IMG/VR virus record: IMGVR_UViG_3300025099_000014
Coordinates: 10,826-74,825 of that record
Strand: one strand, 5' to 3'
Length of the DNA stretch: 64,000 nucleotides
Origin: a virus
The number at the start of each line of letters is the position of its first letter. Position 1 is the first letter of the stretch. Positions 1 through 8,916 of this stretch are shown in pieces. The notes below the pieces were generated by a model, which had not been told where the DNA came from, did not search any database, and was given only the letters and a program-made list of their open reading frames with translations. The position numbers and the translations under genes were made by a program.

Positions 1-1
1 G

Positions 2-139
2 TCTGAATTAGAGAATGCCAATAAAGCAGCAGGAGCAACCACAACAAACGTCGGTGGTTTTACCCCTTCCATTCACAACATTTTGTATGGTTCATGCTCT
101 AAGTGTAAAGACCAAAAATCAAAATGTGGGTGTGAGTAA
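2..139 (+). CDS. Partial (5'-truncated) small protein with Cys-rich C-terminus
   Basis: Frame from base 2 reads SELENANKAAGATTTNVGGFTPSIHNILYGSCSKCKDQKSKCGCE*; its stop TAA overlaps the ATG at 139 (TAATG coupling). Confidence 0.6.
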   Translation, partial: SELENANKAAGATTTNVGGFTPSIHNILYGSCSKCKDQKSKCGCE

Positions 140-1857
140 TGTCCGATTTTCAGGCATTAGAAAATGTCTCCGATAGGATTCAAGGAATCATTAAAGGGGC
201 ATATACTAGATGTAAAAATGTCATCAAGGCAAACGTTAAAATCACAGGTGGTATGGGGAAAGACGGAAACCCTAAAGATATTATTGGATTTATGCAGGCT
301 CACGGTACTGGAAAGCAAAATAGGCCCGGTTCTGCAAGAACATTTGAAGGTATGGGTATGGCACTAGATATGCTTGATATGCTTTCAAAGGTAGAAAATG
401 TAACAAATCAGAACCTTGAGGATTTAGATAAAATAAACGAAATCCTACTAGCAATGATACGTAATAACATAGAGGGTAAAAACGCAACAAACCCACAAAA
501 TATACGTTTTAAAGTTGTGGTAGGGTTTAAATTGGATAAAAGAACAGGTAAGCCTATTAAGATTCAACGAGATTTTGTCTATGGACACTTCAAGACCCCT
601 ACAGTTTTAGCATATTTAGAAGCAAAACAAAAATATATGGGTAGTGATTATGAAGGACCACAATATTCAGAAACAGCAGAGCAAGTAAAGTATTGGACTA
701 GTGATAAACCAAATACTAGTAGGCCGCCATTGTTTATAGCACTTCAGAAATTTCAAGCAGAAATTACAAAAATCAAAGATGACATAGAAGAAGAACCTTC
801 TCCTTCAGACCCTATTATAATCAATATTGATAAAGGTGTATCGTTGGCCCCATTTGCTAAAATAAATAGTATTAAAGAAGGGTTTATAGCAATTTTAAGT
901 AATGATTCAATTTATCCCAAAAAGCCTAAAGGTAAAAGGGGTTCAAATAAACCAGTGTGGACAAGCAATACCAGACCTAATTTTAGAGATTCTATAAATG
1001 AATATGTATTTAGTGTCGATGAAAACGCTAGGGCGTTATTGGATGAAGCAGTTCCCGCTTGGGGTGACGAGCCTGATGATTTAGCCGTAACAAAAATATA
1101 CGACTCATTTAAGATTAGAGTAAATAGCACACGTAGAATGAAAACCCTAGCAAGGCTATGTCTTGGTCCAGATGCTAGAAACATAGAACTTCCCGGAAGA
1201 ACTTCTGGTGTTGTTCTTAAGAGTAATGTTGTTGAAAAAGCAAAGCCCAAAAAACAAAAAGAACGTATGGTTAGACAGGCGTTTGAATATTTAAATATGA
1301 AACCTTCTAGTGCTCAAGAATTATTTGATGTAATGGCTTCTGGAAAAATTAAAACAACAACGGGACATGTCAAAAGAAGCCTCTTTTCTAGTGTAAACTC
1401 CTTGGCCCAATTTTTGCCGCGCTATGGCTATAAAAAAGTAGGTGAGGGACTAGGAGAGGGAAGAACCGGAAATAAATACTCAGTTATTTTATGGGAGCCA
1501 AAAAATAAATTAATAAAATCATCTGAAAATATCGAAAAGGGAAAACGTAGTAGGCCCAAAGAATTTATAATTCGACAAGCATTTGAATATAGGAATAACC
1601 AACCCACTAGTGCTAGACACTTATATGAAATTATGTCTTCTGGGGTAATTAAAACTTTACGAGGAACCTCAAAAAAGAAAAACCCTTTTAGGAGTGTTAC
1701 ATCTCTTGCTGGCTATATGAATTCTCATGGCTTTAAGGTATCTAATTTATCAGAGCGGAGTTATAGGTCAGCATCTGCTCCCAGTGGTAGAATGTATGAA
1801 GGTACTATGAGTCGTGGTGGGAATGTTGCTCTATATTTACCAAGAGAGGAGGAATAA
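139..1857 (+). CDS. Hypothetical protein with two tandem C-terminal winged-helix-like repeats
   Basis: 572-aa ORF; duplicated block RQAFEYxNxxPxSAxxLxxxMxSGxIKT...FxSVxSLAxxx, each copy preceded by LKS/IKS...[VI]EK. Confidence 0.8.
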   Translation: MSDFQALENVSDRIQGIIKGAYTRCKNVIKANVKITGGMGKDGNPKDIIGFMQAHGTGKQNRPGSARTFEGMGMALDMLDMLSKVENVTNQNLEDLDKINEILLAMIRNNIEGKNATNPQNIRFKVVVGFKLDKRTGKPIKIQRDFVYGHFKTPTVLAYLEAKQKYMGSDYEGPQYSETAEQVKYWTSDKPNTSRPPLFIALQKFQAEITKIKDDIEEEPSPSDPIIINIDKGVSLAPFAKINSIKEGFIAILSNDSIYPKKPKGKRGSNKPVWTSNTRPNFRDSINEYVFSVDENARALLDEAVPAWGDEPDDLAVTKIYDSFKIRVNSTRRMKTLARLCLGPDARNIELPGRTSGVVLKSNVVEKAKPKKQKERMVRQAFEYLNMKPSSAQELFDVMASGKIKTTTGHVKRSLFSSVNSLAQFLPRYGYKKVGEGLGEGRTGNKYSVILWEPKNKLIKSSENIEKGKRSRPKEFIIRQAFEYRNNQPTSARHLYEIMSSGVIKTLRGTSKKKNPFRSVTSLAGYMNSHGFKVSNLSERSYRSASAPSGRMYEGTMSRGGNVALYLPREEE

Positions 1858-1859
1858 TT

Positions 1860-2111
1860 ATGTGGGAAGACACAATACAAAAAAAGAAAATGAACCCTAT
1901 TGCTGCAAAAATGATAGATGAAATTCTATCTGATGGTAGGGCTTATTATGTTAAGGAAGTTTATGATATTTTATTAGATAGGTATCAAGAAAGAGGGATG
2001 AAAACCCACACCTTACCTTCGACAAATAAGGTAGGGTCATATTTACGAATAAACCATACGAGGGTTAACCAAATTGGTCGAACTGCAGTTAAATTTAAAC
2101 AAAAGGAATAA
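1860..2111 (+). CDS. Small basic winged-helix-like protein with N-terminal W-tag
   Basis: Starts MWEDTIQKK; IDEILSDGR...VKEVYD...PSTNKVGSYL aligns by eye with 2117 and 62703; GGAGG RBS upstream. Confidence 0.75.
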   Translation: MWEDTIQKKKMNPIAAKMIDEILSDGRAYYVKEVYDILLDRYQERGMKTHTLPSTNKVGSYLRINHTRVNQIGRTAVKFKQKE

Positions 2112-2116
2112 TAATT

Positions 2117-2446
2117 ATGTCTTGGGTAAATATATTAAAAAAGGTAGGTAGAGAAAATAGAATATTACCCTTGTATACTGGTTTAATTGATGAAATTATG
2201 CTAGAAGCAACAAGCCCACTAACCACAAGACAAGTGACTGATGCTTTACATGATAAATTTCAAGAAATAAAACACAATAGGGTATACGAAAACCCTAGAC
2301 ATAAATCAAGAAGAACTCTATCTGGTAGATACTTTCCTGATATTAGACAAGTCGGTAAGTATTTATCTAAAAACTATGTTAGGGGAGATATTGTTCGCTC
2401 ACCGGGGTCAAGGTCTAAAGTAATAACTTGGGGTAAACGTAAATGA
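2117..2446 (+). CDS. Small basic winged-helix-like protein with N-terminal W-tag
   Basis: Starts MSWVNILKK; IDEIM...TTRQVTD...PDIRQVGKYL; paralogue of 1860 and 62703. Confidence 0.75.
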   Translation: MSWVNILKKVGRENRILPLYTGLIDEIMLEATSPLTTRQVTDALHDKFQEIKHNRVYENPRHKSRRTLSGRYFPDIRQVGKYLSKNYVRGDIVRSPGSRSKVITWGKRK

Positions 2447-3105
2447 CTAAAGTAACTCGTAAAACCTGCCCAGTATGTAATCACGAAGAACGTGACATTA
2501 TAGAACAGGGTGTTCTTGATGGAAGTATTGACCCCTCTACGTTAGACAAAGATAATGGTTGGTGGAACGGGACTACCCGTAAGCACATGCAAAACCATAC
2601 AGACAATTATGTTTCACATTCAAACGACAATTGTAAGTTATGCACACATCAGTCACGGGCTGATATTGAAGCAGGGCTTTCAGATGGTCGCACTAAGGTT
2701 AGCGAAATCGCGGAACAATTAGAAATGTCCGAAGACGCTGTACAATTACACTTGCGCAAGCATCTAAAACCTATGATACAAAAAAGTGCAGCACTAGAAC
2801 TAGCAAGAGTTGATTTTAACGAGATGGACGTTCTATCTAATAATATTGCTATACTACAAGACAAAGTAAATGATTTAGGTAACAACGATGATTTGGATTT
2901 TAGACAAATCGACTCACTTACTCGATTAGCAAAAGAAATTAGGGAATCCCTTAAATATATGTTAGAGTTTAAAGGACAACTAGTACACAAGAGAGAAGAA
3001 ACTATTGTGGTCCAGCAGGTTGAGGTTATTCAAAGAGTATTAATTGAAAAATACCCCGAAGTATGGACAGATATACGAGATGCAGTTGCGGAGAAGATAC
3101 AATGA
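2443..3105 (+). CDS. Putative terminase small subunit (duplicated CxxC-H zinc/HTH unit plus helical C-terminus)
   Basis: Two repeats CPVCNH..R..IE.G..DG and CKLCTH..R..IE.G..DG with HTH-like VSEIAEQLEMSEDAVQLHLRKH, then a coiled coil; upstream of TerL in the late arm. Confidence 0.5.
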   Translation: MTKVTRKTCPVCNHEERDIIEQGVLDGSIDPSTLDKDNGWWNGTTRKHMQNHTDNYVSHSNDNCKLCTHQSRADIEAGLSDGRTKVSEIAEQLEMSEDAVQLHLRKHLKPMIQKSAALELARVDFNEMDVLSNNIAILQDKVNDLGNNDDLDFRQIDSLTRLAKEIRESLKYMLEFKGQLVHKREETIVVQQVEVIQRVLIEKYPEVWTDIRDAVAEKIQ

Positions 3106-3497
3106 GTTGGGAAAATATAATAAGAAAAGAAGTTAGGAAAATGCCTGTACCTGCTAGTGAGTTAACTCCTACAGATACACGAGAATCAGCGAAGAAGGAT
3201 TTCTTTGCACAGTTAGGTAGGAGTGATTCAAACATAAATAAGTATCTTAATACTTTATTTGAAGAAAAAATAGACCCCGAATTAAACCAAATGAATTTAA
3301 AAGGTAAAAAAAGGATTATGATTAACAAGACGGAATTCAATTCTTGGGACATAAGACATAATAACCATCCTCTTAGTTTTAATACACAAGAGATGCAGAA
3401 GATTTTAGCCACTCATTATACGGAGCAAATGGGATATAGAGTTTCCCTTGATAAATTTCATCCTAATGAACTACTTTATATTGCTTTGTATAAATAA
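3102..3497 (+). CDS. Hypothetical protein with N-terminal W-tag
   Basis: Start reassigned to ATG 3102 (ATGA overlap with the 2443 stop): MSWENIIRK. Confidence 0.7.
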   Translation: MSWENIIRKEVRKMPVPASELTPTDTRESAKKDFFAQLGRSDSNINKYLNTLFEEKIDPELNQMNLKGKKRIMINKTEFNSWDIRHNNHPLSFNTQEMQKILATHYTEQMGYRVSLDKFHPNELLYIALYK

Positions 3498-3515
3498 ACT
3501 TAAAGAGTGATTACA

Positions 3516-3719
3516 ATGACTTGGTACGAAGTAATAAAACAACCAAATATGTCTGGTGCAAGAATGTATACAGGCACATGCCCTAAGTGTAAACAATTTG
3601 TAAAAAAGGGTGAACCTTGTCCAAAGAACTACCCCGCAGAAAGTCCACAGTATGTTTCCGATGTTAGATTTGAAACATGTCCGATGAAAGTTCCTGATAC
3701 TAATATTCATCTAGAATAA
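3516..3719 (+). CDS. Small Cys-rich (zinc-finger-like) protein with N-terminal W-tag
   Basis: GAGTGA RBS then ATG 3516: MTWYEVIKQ...CPKC...CP...CP. Confidence 0.65.
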   Translation: MTWYEVIKQPNMSGARMYTGTCPKCKQFVKKGEPCPKNYPAESPQYVSDVRFETCPMKVPDTNIHLE

Positions 3720-3739
3720 CTAGATATATCATCATAACC

Positions 3740-3746
3740 TTTATAT
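3740..3746 (+). promoter_or_regulatory. Archaeal TATA box (leaderless transcript)
   Basis: TTTATAT in an intergenic gap, ending about 25 nt before ATG 3771. Confidence 0.5.
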
Positions 3747-3770
3747 CTAACATTGGTTAAGGACATAATA

Positions 3771-4121
3771 ATGTCTAAGCATCCGAAGGATAAGAGTTTT
3801 AACGACAAACTAATGTTACTCATGGGAGCACCAATTGTATTAACATGGTTGGGTCTTGCCGCATATGTTATTTACATGGCTACCGCAGACCCTGATGTCG
3901 TTCTACAAAACTTAGACGGATTTACTGCTGTATTAGGTTTAATCGGTGGTCCCGCCCTACTCATTATTACTAGCATGTTAGACCTATGGAAGAATGAACA
4001 ATCTAACGAGATTAATGAAATCCCATCAGAACTCGCACACCGTCGAGATTTACAAACCCTAGAGAGTCAACACAATATCGCTATGGACGCTTATCTAACT
4101 AAGGAGGGTAAGAAAGAATGA
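3771..4121 (+). CDS. Membrane protein with two transmembrane helices
   Basis: Hydrophobic LMLLMGAPIVLTWLGLAAYVIYM and FTAVLGLIGGPALLIITSML; start chosen at MSKHPK downstream of the TATA box. Confidence 0.7.
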   Translation: MSKHPKDKSFNDKLMLLMGAPIVLTWLGLAAYVIYMATADPDVVLQNLDGFTAVLGLIGGPALLIITSMLDLWKNEQSNEINEIPSELAHRRDLQTLESQHNIAMDAYLTKEGKKE

Positions 4122-4276
4122 GTTGGTTTGATATAGTTAAGAGATTACGTAGTAATCAAAACAAAGATAATAAAGATACCGATACAGAAAAAATTGCACC
4201 ATTAGTAGCAGCAGCAGGAGCAGCAGCAGCAGGAGCAGCGAATCTACTATCGGGTAAAAAGAAAAAGAAGGAATAA
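4118..4276 (+). CDS. 52-aa W-tagged peptide with Ala/Gly hydrophobic core and poly-Lys tail (missing from ORF track)
   Basis: Read directly: MSWFDIVKRLRSNQNKDNKDTDTEKIAPLVAAAGAAAAGAANLLSGKKKKKE*; ATGA overlap upstream, next gene 2 nt after the stop. Confidence 0.7.
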   Translation: MSWFDIVKRLRSNQNKDNKDTDTEKIAPLVAAAGAAAAGAANLLSGKKKKKE

Positions 4277-4278
4277 AT

Positions 4279-4482
4279 ATGACTACAGAAAAAGAAGTTA
4301 CAAACAAAGTTGAGAAGGCCGAAGATATGGTCGAAGAAGTTTTAGAAGAATTAGAAGATTTAGGTTTAGTTGATGAGGCTACAGCAAATAAAATTCTAGC
4401 GAAGGTCGCACAATATAAGCGGTATATTCTTCTGGCCGTGCCTGTTGCTATTGCTCTTGTAGCCGCTATTAGCGCGCTATAA
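4279..4482 (+). CDS. Small tail-anchored membrane protein
   Basis: Acidic N-terminus and C-terminal hydrophobic YILLAVPVAIALVAAISAL. Confidence 0.7.
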   Translation: MTTEKEVTNKVEKAEDMVEEVLEELEDLGLVDEATANKILAKVAQYKRYILLAVPVAIALVAAISAL

Positions 4483-4492
4483 GGGTGATAGA

Positions 4493-6394
4493 ATGGTATC
4501 TGAGTGGGAAGAGGTAATAATTCGGGCAAAGGTAAACCCGGAAGATTTCGCAAAGCAGGCTTTAATTAAGGTCAGAAATATTGCAAAAAATTCTGAAATA
4601 GTGGCCCTTGAACGTCTTATCCAAGAATACTCAATCGCTACAGAACAATTAGAAAAAACTGGTGATGTAGAAGAAACACAGGTAAAACATCATTTATCCA
4701 GAGAATACATTACTAAAGATTTAATACCAACGATATTAGAAGGTTTACAGGAAGCATTAGATTCTTATGACGGACCCATAATAGATAAGGTCAATGAATT
4801 TAATCAAATGTTATTAGAATTAGAAGATGACCCAGAAGTTTTTATGCAAAAAATTGCTCCATTTTTAGAAAATGAATACGATAAATGGATGACCCAAGAA
4901 AACGGTAAGACAATACCTGAACATGATGTGGGGCTAAGTTCTCCACGAAAATATTTTGAATCAAAAATCGAAATTAACGATAGGGACGAAATTATTTCCT
5001 CCTTAGAAGCCCTTATTAAAAAACCTAACACAGATACTTCATTGTGGCAAAAACTAATTAATATCATTCCCGACAAATATGGTATAACTAGACAAGAAAT
5101 TATGACTGGTCAAAGAAAGAGAAGATATCAGATGGTCCCTAAAGAGCGATTCAATGAAACAATTCTTCACCCTCACACTACCCGCCAAAAGTTTAGAGAT
5201 TTATTAAGTAATTTACAGAAGGCAAGATTTTTATCCGGTAACATAGGTAAATTTTTACTAAAAGCGGAAAGAGGAGAAGAAGGTTTAGAAGTTGATTCTC
5301 CATATCTTATGCTATATAATACCGTTAAAGGGAATTTACAAAATAATTTATTCGGTCGAGCAACTCAAGGAGCAATAATGGGGCGAACAGAACATGTAGG
5401 TGAATCTGGAGGTGGCTACACAAAAATATTTAGAAATTTCGCTCAAGATTACATTGCTGCTAACCCAGAGGAGATAATGGATGAGGAGATAATAATAGAC
5501 CGTGCTAAATTACCTGTAGGAACACCTACATCCTTAAGACAACTATTTGATAGATGGCAGACAGACCCCAATTTTAAATTGGGACCTGCTACCAAAAAAA
5601 GAACTTTGGTTGATGATGAAGGGAAGGAACGAGTTAAAGAGAATATTCCCACGATGGCAGACCTATATGGGGATGTAAGATATTCTCAACGTGGGCTTAT
5701 TGATAGAATTTTATCTGAAGGCGTCAAAATTACAGATACAGATGTAGCAGAAATATTCAAAATATGTTTACCTCCGAATAATCAAATGGAAGATAATATT
5801 GCTGAATTAAGAGTCAATTCGTTTCCCGAAAAATTTGATGAGGCAAATGCCTACACAATACTGTCTGCTTATATTTATGTCTTAGACACATTCAATTCAT
5901 CAAATATTGATGGTCTACTTAGTGACCTAGCAAAAATTAGAGATGATATGCTATCACTAACATACCAAACAAGTAGGGATAAAAGACGGGGTAATCCACC
6001 ACGTCCGGTTTTTACATATTCTGATAATGGTAAAATACGGGATTATACTGAAGAATTAGAACAATCCGACGTATCTGCTATTATACAACAGATAGAGAAT
6101 TTTATTACAAAATTGAAAAACGAACTAGAGGCAACAAGTAGCAATGTTTTAGAGGTTTTATATAATAGTATAGAGACAAACCTTAATAAGGACGGTCAGG
6201 GTTTATTCACAATACCAACAAAGCAACTAGATAGAGAAGGCGATGAAGGAAGAAAAGGTGGGGGCAGGACAGGAAAGCCCAACCCTCAAGGAGAAACTAA
6301 ACGTACAAACAAAGGGACTATACAAGAATATTTACTTAATTACAATGTAAAGGACCGTTCACAGACAGAGCATAATATTATAGGGGTGGCTTAA
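4493..6394 (+). CDS. Large helical hypothetical protein (candidate internal virion protein)
   Basis: 633 aa; GGGTGA RBS; starts MVSEWEEVIIRAK (tag variant). Confidence 0.75.
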   Translation: MVSEWEEVIIRAKVNPEDFAKQALIKVRNIAKNSEIVALERLIQEYSIATEQLEKTGDVEETQVKHHLSREYITKDLIPTILEGLQEALDSYDGPIIDKVNEFNQMLLELEDDPEVFMQKIAPFLENEYDKWMTQENGKTIPEHDVGLSSPRKYFESKIEINDRDEIISSLEALIKKPNTDTSLWQKLINIIPDKYGITRQEIMTGQRKRRYQMVPKERFNETILHPHTTRQKFRDLLSNLQKARFLSGNIGKFLLKAERGEEGLEVDSPYLMLYNTVKGNLQNNLFGRATQGAIMGRTEHVGESGGGYTKIFRNFAQDYIAANPEEIMDEEIIIDRAKLPVGTPTSLRQLFDRWQTDPNFKLGPATKKRTLVDDEGKERVKENIPTMADLYGDVRYSQRGLIDRILSEGVKITDTDVAEIFKICLPPNNQMEDNIAELRVNSFPEKFDEANAYTILSAYIYVLDTFNSSNIDGLLSDLAKIRDDMLSLTYQTSRDKRRGNPPRPVFTYSDNGKIRDYTEELEQSDVSAIIQQIENFITKLKNELEATSSNVLEVLYNSIETNLNKDGQGLFTIPTKQLDREGDEGRKGGGRTGKPNPQGETKRTNKGTIQEYLLNYNVKDRSQTEHNIIGVA

Positions 6395-8916
6395 TGGACA
6401 AAGAATTAATGGAAGTTTTAAATGCAATATTTTCTGATATTAATAGCAATAAAGATATTGATATTGTTGATTTAGAAGAGTTAGAACAACTACTTAATAT
6501 GGAACCTAATCCAGATAACTATCCTAAATACAAAGAAGACCTCGTAAAAATTCGTATTAGTAGGGAAAATTTTTTCAAGGATTTTAATACCAAAATTTCT
6601 TATTCTGATAGCACGTTAGATACGGACACACCGACCATTCCAACCTATCCCGAAAATAATACAAAAGGTGTACTAAATAGATTACAAAGTAAACTAACAG
6701 ATATGCCTGATTTCACACTCACCAATGCAAATGAGGGAGGGGCGGTTAGAAACCTTATTACTATACTTAACTCTGGAACTTATTCCCCAGAATTACCTAT
6801 TCCACTATTTACTGAGGATGAAATTAAGGCTTTCACAAATGTTATTATGCAAGTCACTAGAAAGCGTTCTTCTTTAAGACCAAAAGTGGGGGAATTGCTT
6901 TCTGAGGTAGCGACAACCTCTGCTACATCAATTACAAATCGAAGAAGAACATACGACCACTGGAGAGACATGAATACTCAATTTAAATTATTTATTGATG
7001 CACTAAACAGTGTTGAGTTTAAACCCACTGATGATGAAGGGAAGCAACAAGTCAAAGAGATTCCCAGTTACATCGTAAGAATGGGGCAAGTCACACTTAA
7101 AAAAACCATTCACCCGCACTCACCTATAGTAGCAAACGTTCTTCGTGCTAAATATATTAAAAGAGAACTAGAAGATATAGTCGAGTCGGGGTCGTTCAAA
7201 GAATACTCTAAAGAAGGTAAGCCAACAGGAGACAGCGGCTACATAGATGAAGCAAACACAGAATATATTTCTGTTCTCGAACAATTAAAAAGGGATATTG
7301 CTGATTTATCCGATTCTGGAGAAAACCCATTTGTTAGGGGTAGTAATATAGGTATTGACCCAATACTTTCTATCGTTTTACAAAACGAAGAATTCCCCTT
7401 ATTACTTTCTGAAGAACAGATACAAATTAATGTAAATAATTTAGTTAAAATCTTAACTGGGGAAATACCAGAAGAAAACTTAGAATTTACAATAGATACT
7501 ATAGAAGATTACGCTAAAACTATACGAGACGATTTAAAAAATTATCAAGTAATTCAACGGGACGTATATCACTTTGCTATCATGGATGGTCCAGAGGTTT
7601 CTCTAAAGCAGGTAAATTTTAAAGATATGGAAAATGCAGCATTTAAAATAGATATTGCTAAGTGGAGCGGTGATAAATACGAAATAGAAGAGGAGGAATT
7701 TTCATCTTATACTGAATTAATAGAATATATTAATGATAAAACAAATATTTTAATTAAAAGTTTGGTGAAGTTATTTGATGTTGACGCTTGGGCTAAAACA
7801 CTTGCTGATGAAAAAGAGGACCCTACATATTCTATAACTTTTCCCGAACGTAGATTAAAAGACCCACGGGCAATCGGTGGTGGGGTCGTGATTCCTGCTT
7901 ATAGAAGGGCTGAAGTAAAAGAAGTAAAAGAAAACCTACAAGACCTATCTGAATCAATTAAAACGTACTACTATGAAGGTCTAACTAAACAAAATGTCAT
8001 GTTTAAGGATTTACCTGAATTTGTTAAAACGCCCCAGTATCAGGCTTTAGAAAGAGAATTATCTGGAGACATTACTGCTAAAATGTCGGCGGTTTTATCA
8101 ACAGGTAAGGCTACCCCACGATATGATGTAGAGTTATTTTCTAGCCTTAACGGGTTTATTTTAAAGTTAAACAGAGGGGACTTGGGAAGTTACACTAAAA
8201 TCATACATGGCGAATGCGAGAATTTTATTAACTCTATCCTTAATTTATACAGACCTCTTGAGAGAGACGAGATAAAGAGTATTAAAAATAATTTAAGTGT
8301 TGTGTTTGGGAGGCTTCTACATGGATTGTTCGAAGATTCTAATGAGGATTACGAACCTGATAAATTTATGGGTAGAACTCTACAGTATTGGGATAATAAG
8401 TTTGAAGACATACTGGAACGTACTGGTAAGTCACCAACCCTTTCGTTTGTTAAATTAGGAAGAACACTAGAGAATCCTAAGATTAAAGAATACATTTTAA
8501 CCGGCACTACTATGAGCAAAACAAATAAAGAAGGTGCTGCAACAGATAATACTTCTACGAAGGCTATAAGGAATGTAGTATATGAAGGCCCTAATAGTTT
8601 AATGAATAATTTAGTTAGAGCCAGAGAAAATTTAGGGGCTTTAGATGACCAATTTAAGAAAGCACTTATGACCTCATATGACCTAATCCGTAAAGGTAAA
8701 AAATTACCTATCCATGTAGGATTCTTAGATTCTAATTCGTATTCTGATAACGCCTATACTATTGCTACTATGGAACGCATTTATGGCATAGATATATATG
8801 CAACAGACATTGATGTTATTATTAAATCTCAGAACACTACTAAAGAATTAGTAAGTTATTTGGGCCTACCCGAAGAAATGGTGTATCACATAAGGGGGTT
8901 GTATAGATGGCTATAA
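6394..8916 (+). CDS. Large helical hypothetical protein with HTH-like C-terminus
   Basis: 840 aa, TAATG-coupled; C-terminal TKELVSYLGLPEEMVYHIRG resembles an HTH. Confidence 0.75.
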   Translation: MDKELMEVLNAIFSDINSNKDIDIVDLEELEQLLNMEPNPDNYPKYKEDLVKIRISRENFFKDFNTKISYSDSTLDTDTPTIPTYPENNTKGVLNRLQSKLTDMPDFTLTNANEGGAVRNLITILNSGTYSPELPIPLFTEDEIKAFTNVIMQVTRKRSSLRPKVGELLSEVATTSATSITNRRRTYDHWRDMNTQFKLFIDALNSVEFKPTDDEGKQQVKEIPSYIVRMGQVTLKKTIHPHSPIVANVLRAKYIKRELEDIVESGSFKEYSKEGKPTGDSGYIDEANTEYISVLEQLKRDIADLSDSGENPFVRGSNIGIDPILSIVLQNEEFPLLLSEEQIQINVNNLVKILTGEIPEENLEFTIDTIEDYAKTIRDDLKNYQVIQRDVYHFAIMDGPEVSLKQVNFKDMENAAFKIDIAKWSGDKYEIEEEEFSSYTELIEYINDKTNILIKSLVKLFDVDAWAKTLADEKEDPTYSITFPERRLKDPRAIGGGVVIPAYRRAEVKEVKENLQDLSESIKTYYYEGLTKQNVMFKDLPEFVKTPQYQALERELSGDITAKMSAVLSTGKATPRYDVELFSSLNGFILKLNRGDLGSYTKIIHGECENFINSILNLYRPLERDEIKSIKNNLSVVFGRLLHGLFEDSNEDYEPDKFMGRTLQYWDNKFEDILERTGKSPTLSFVKLGRTLENPKIKEYILTGTTMSKTNKEGAATDNTSTKAIRNVVYEGPNSLMNNLVRARENLGALDDQFKKALMTSYDLIRKGKKLPIHVGFLDSNSYSDNAYTIATMERIYGIDIYATDIDVIIKSQNTTKELVSYLGLPEEMVYHIRGLYRWL

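Noticed and set aside
4137-4553. Minus-strand ORF with a poly-Leu run
   Set aside because: It is the antisense reading of the GCA repeat; the + strand is fully tiled by coupled genes 4118, 4279 and 4493.
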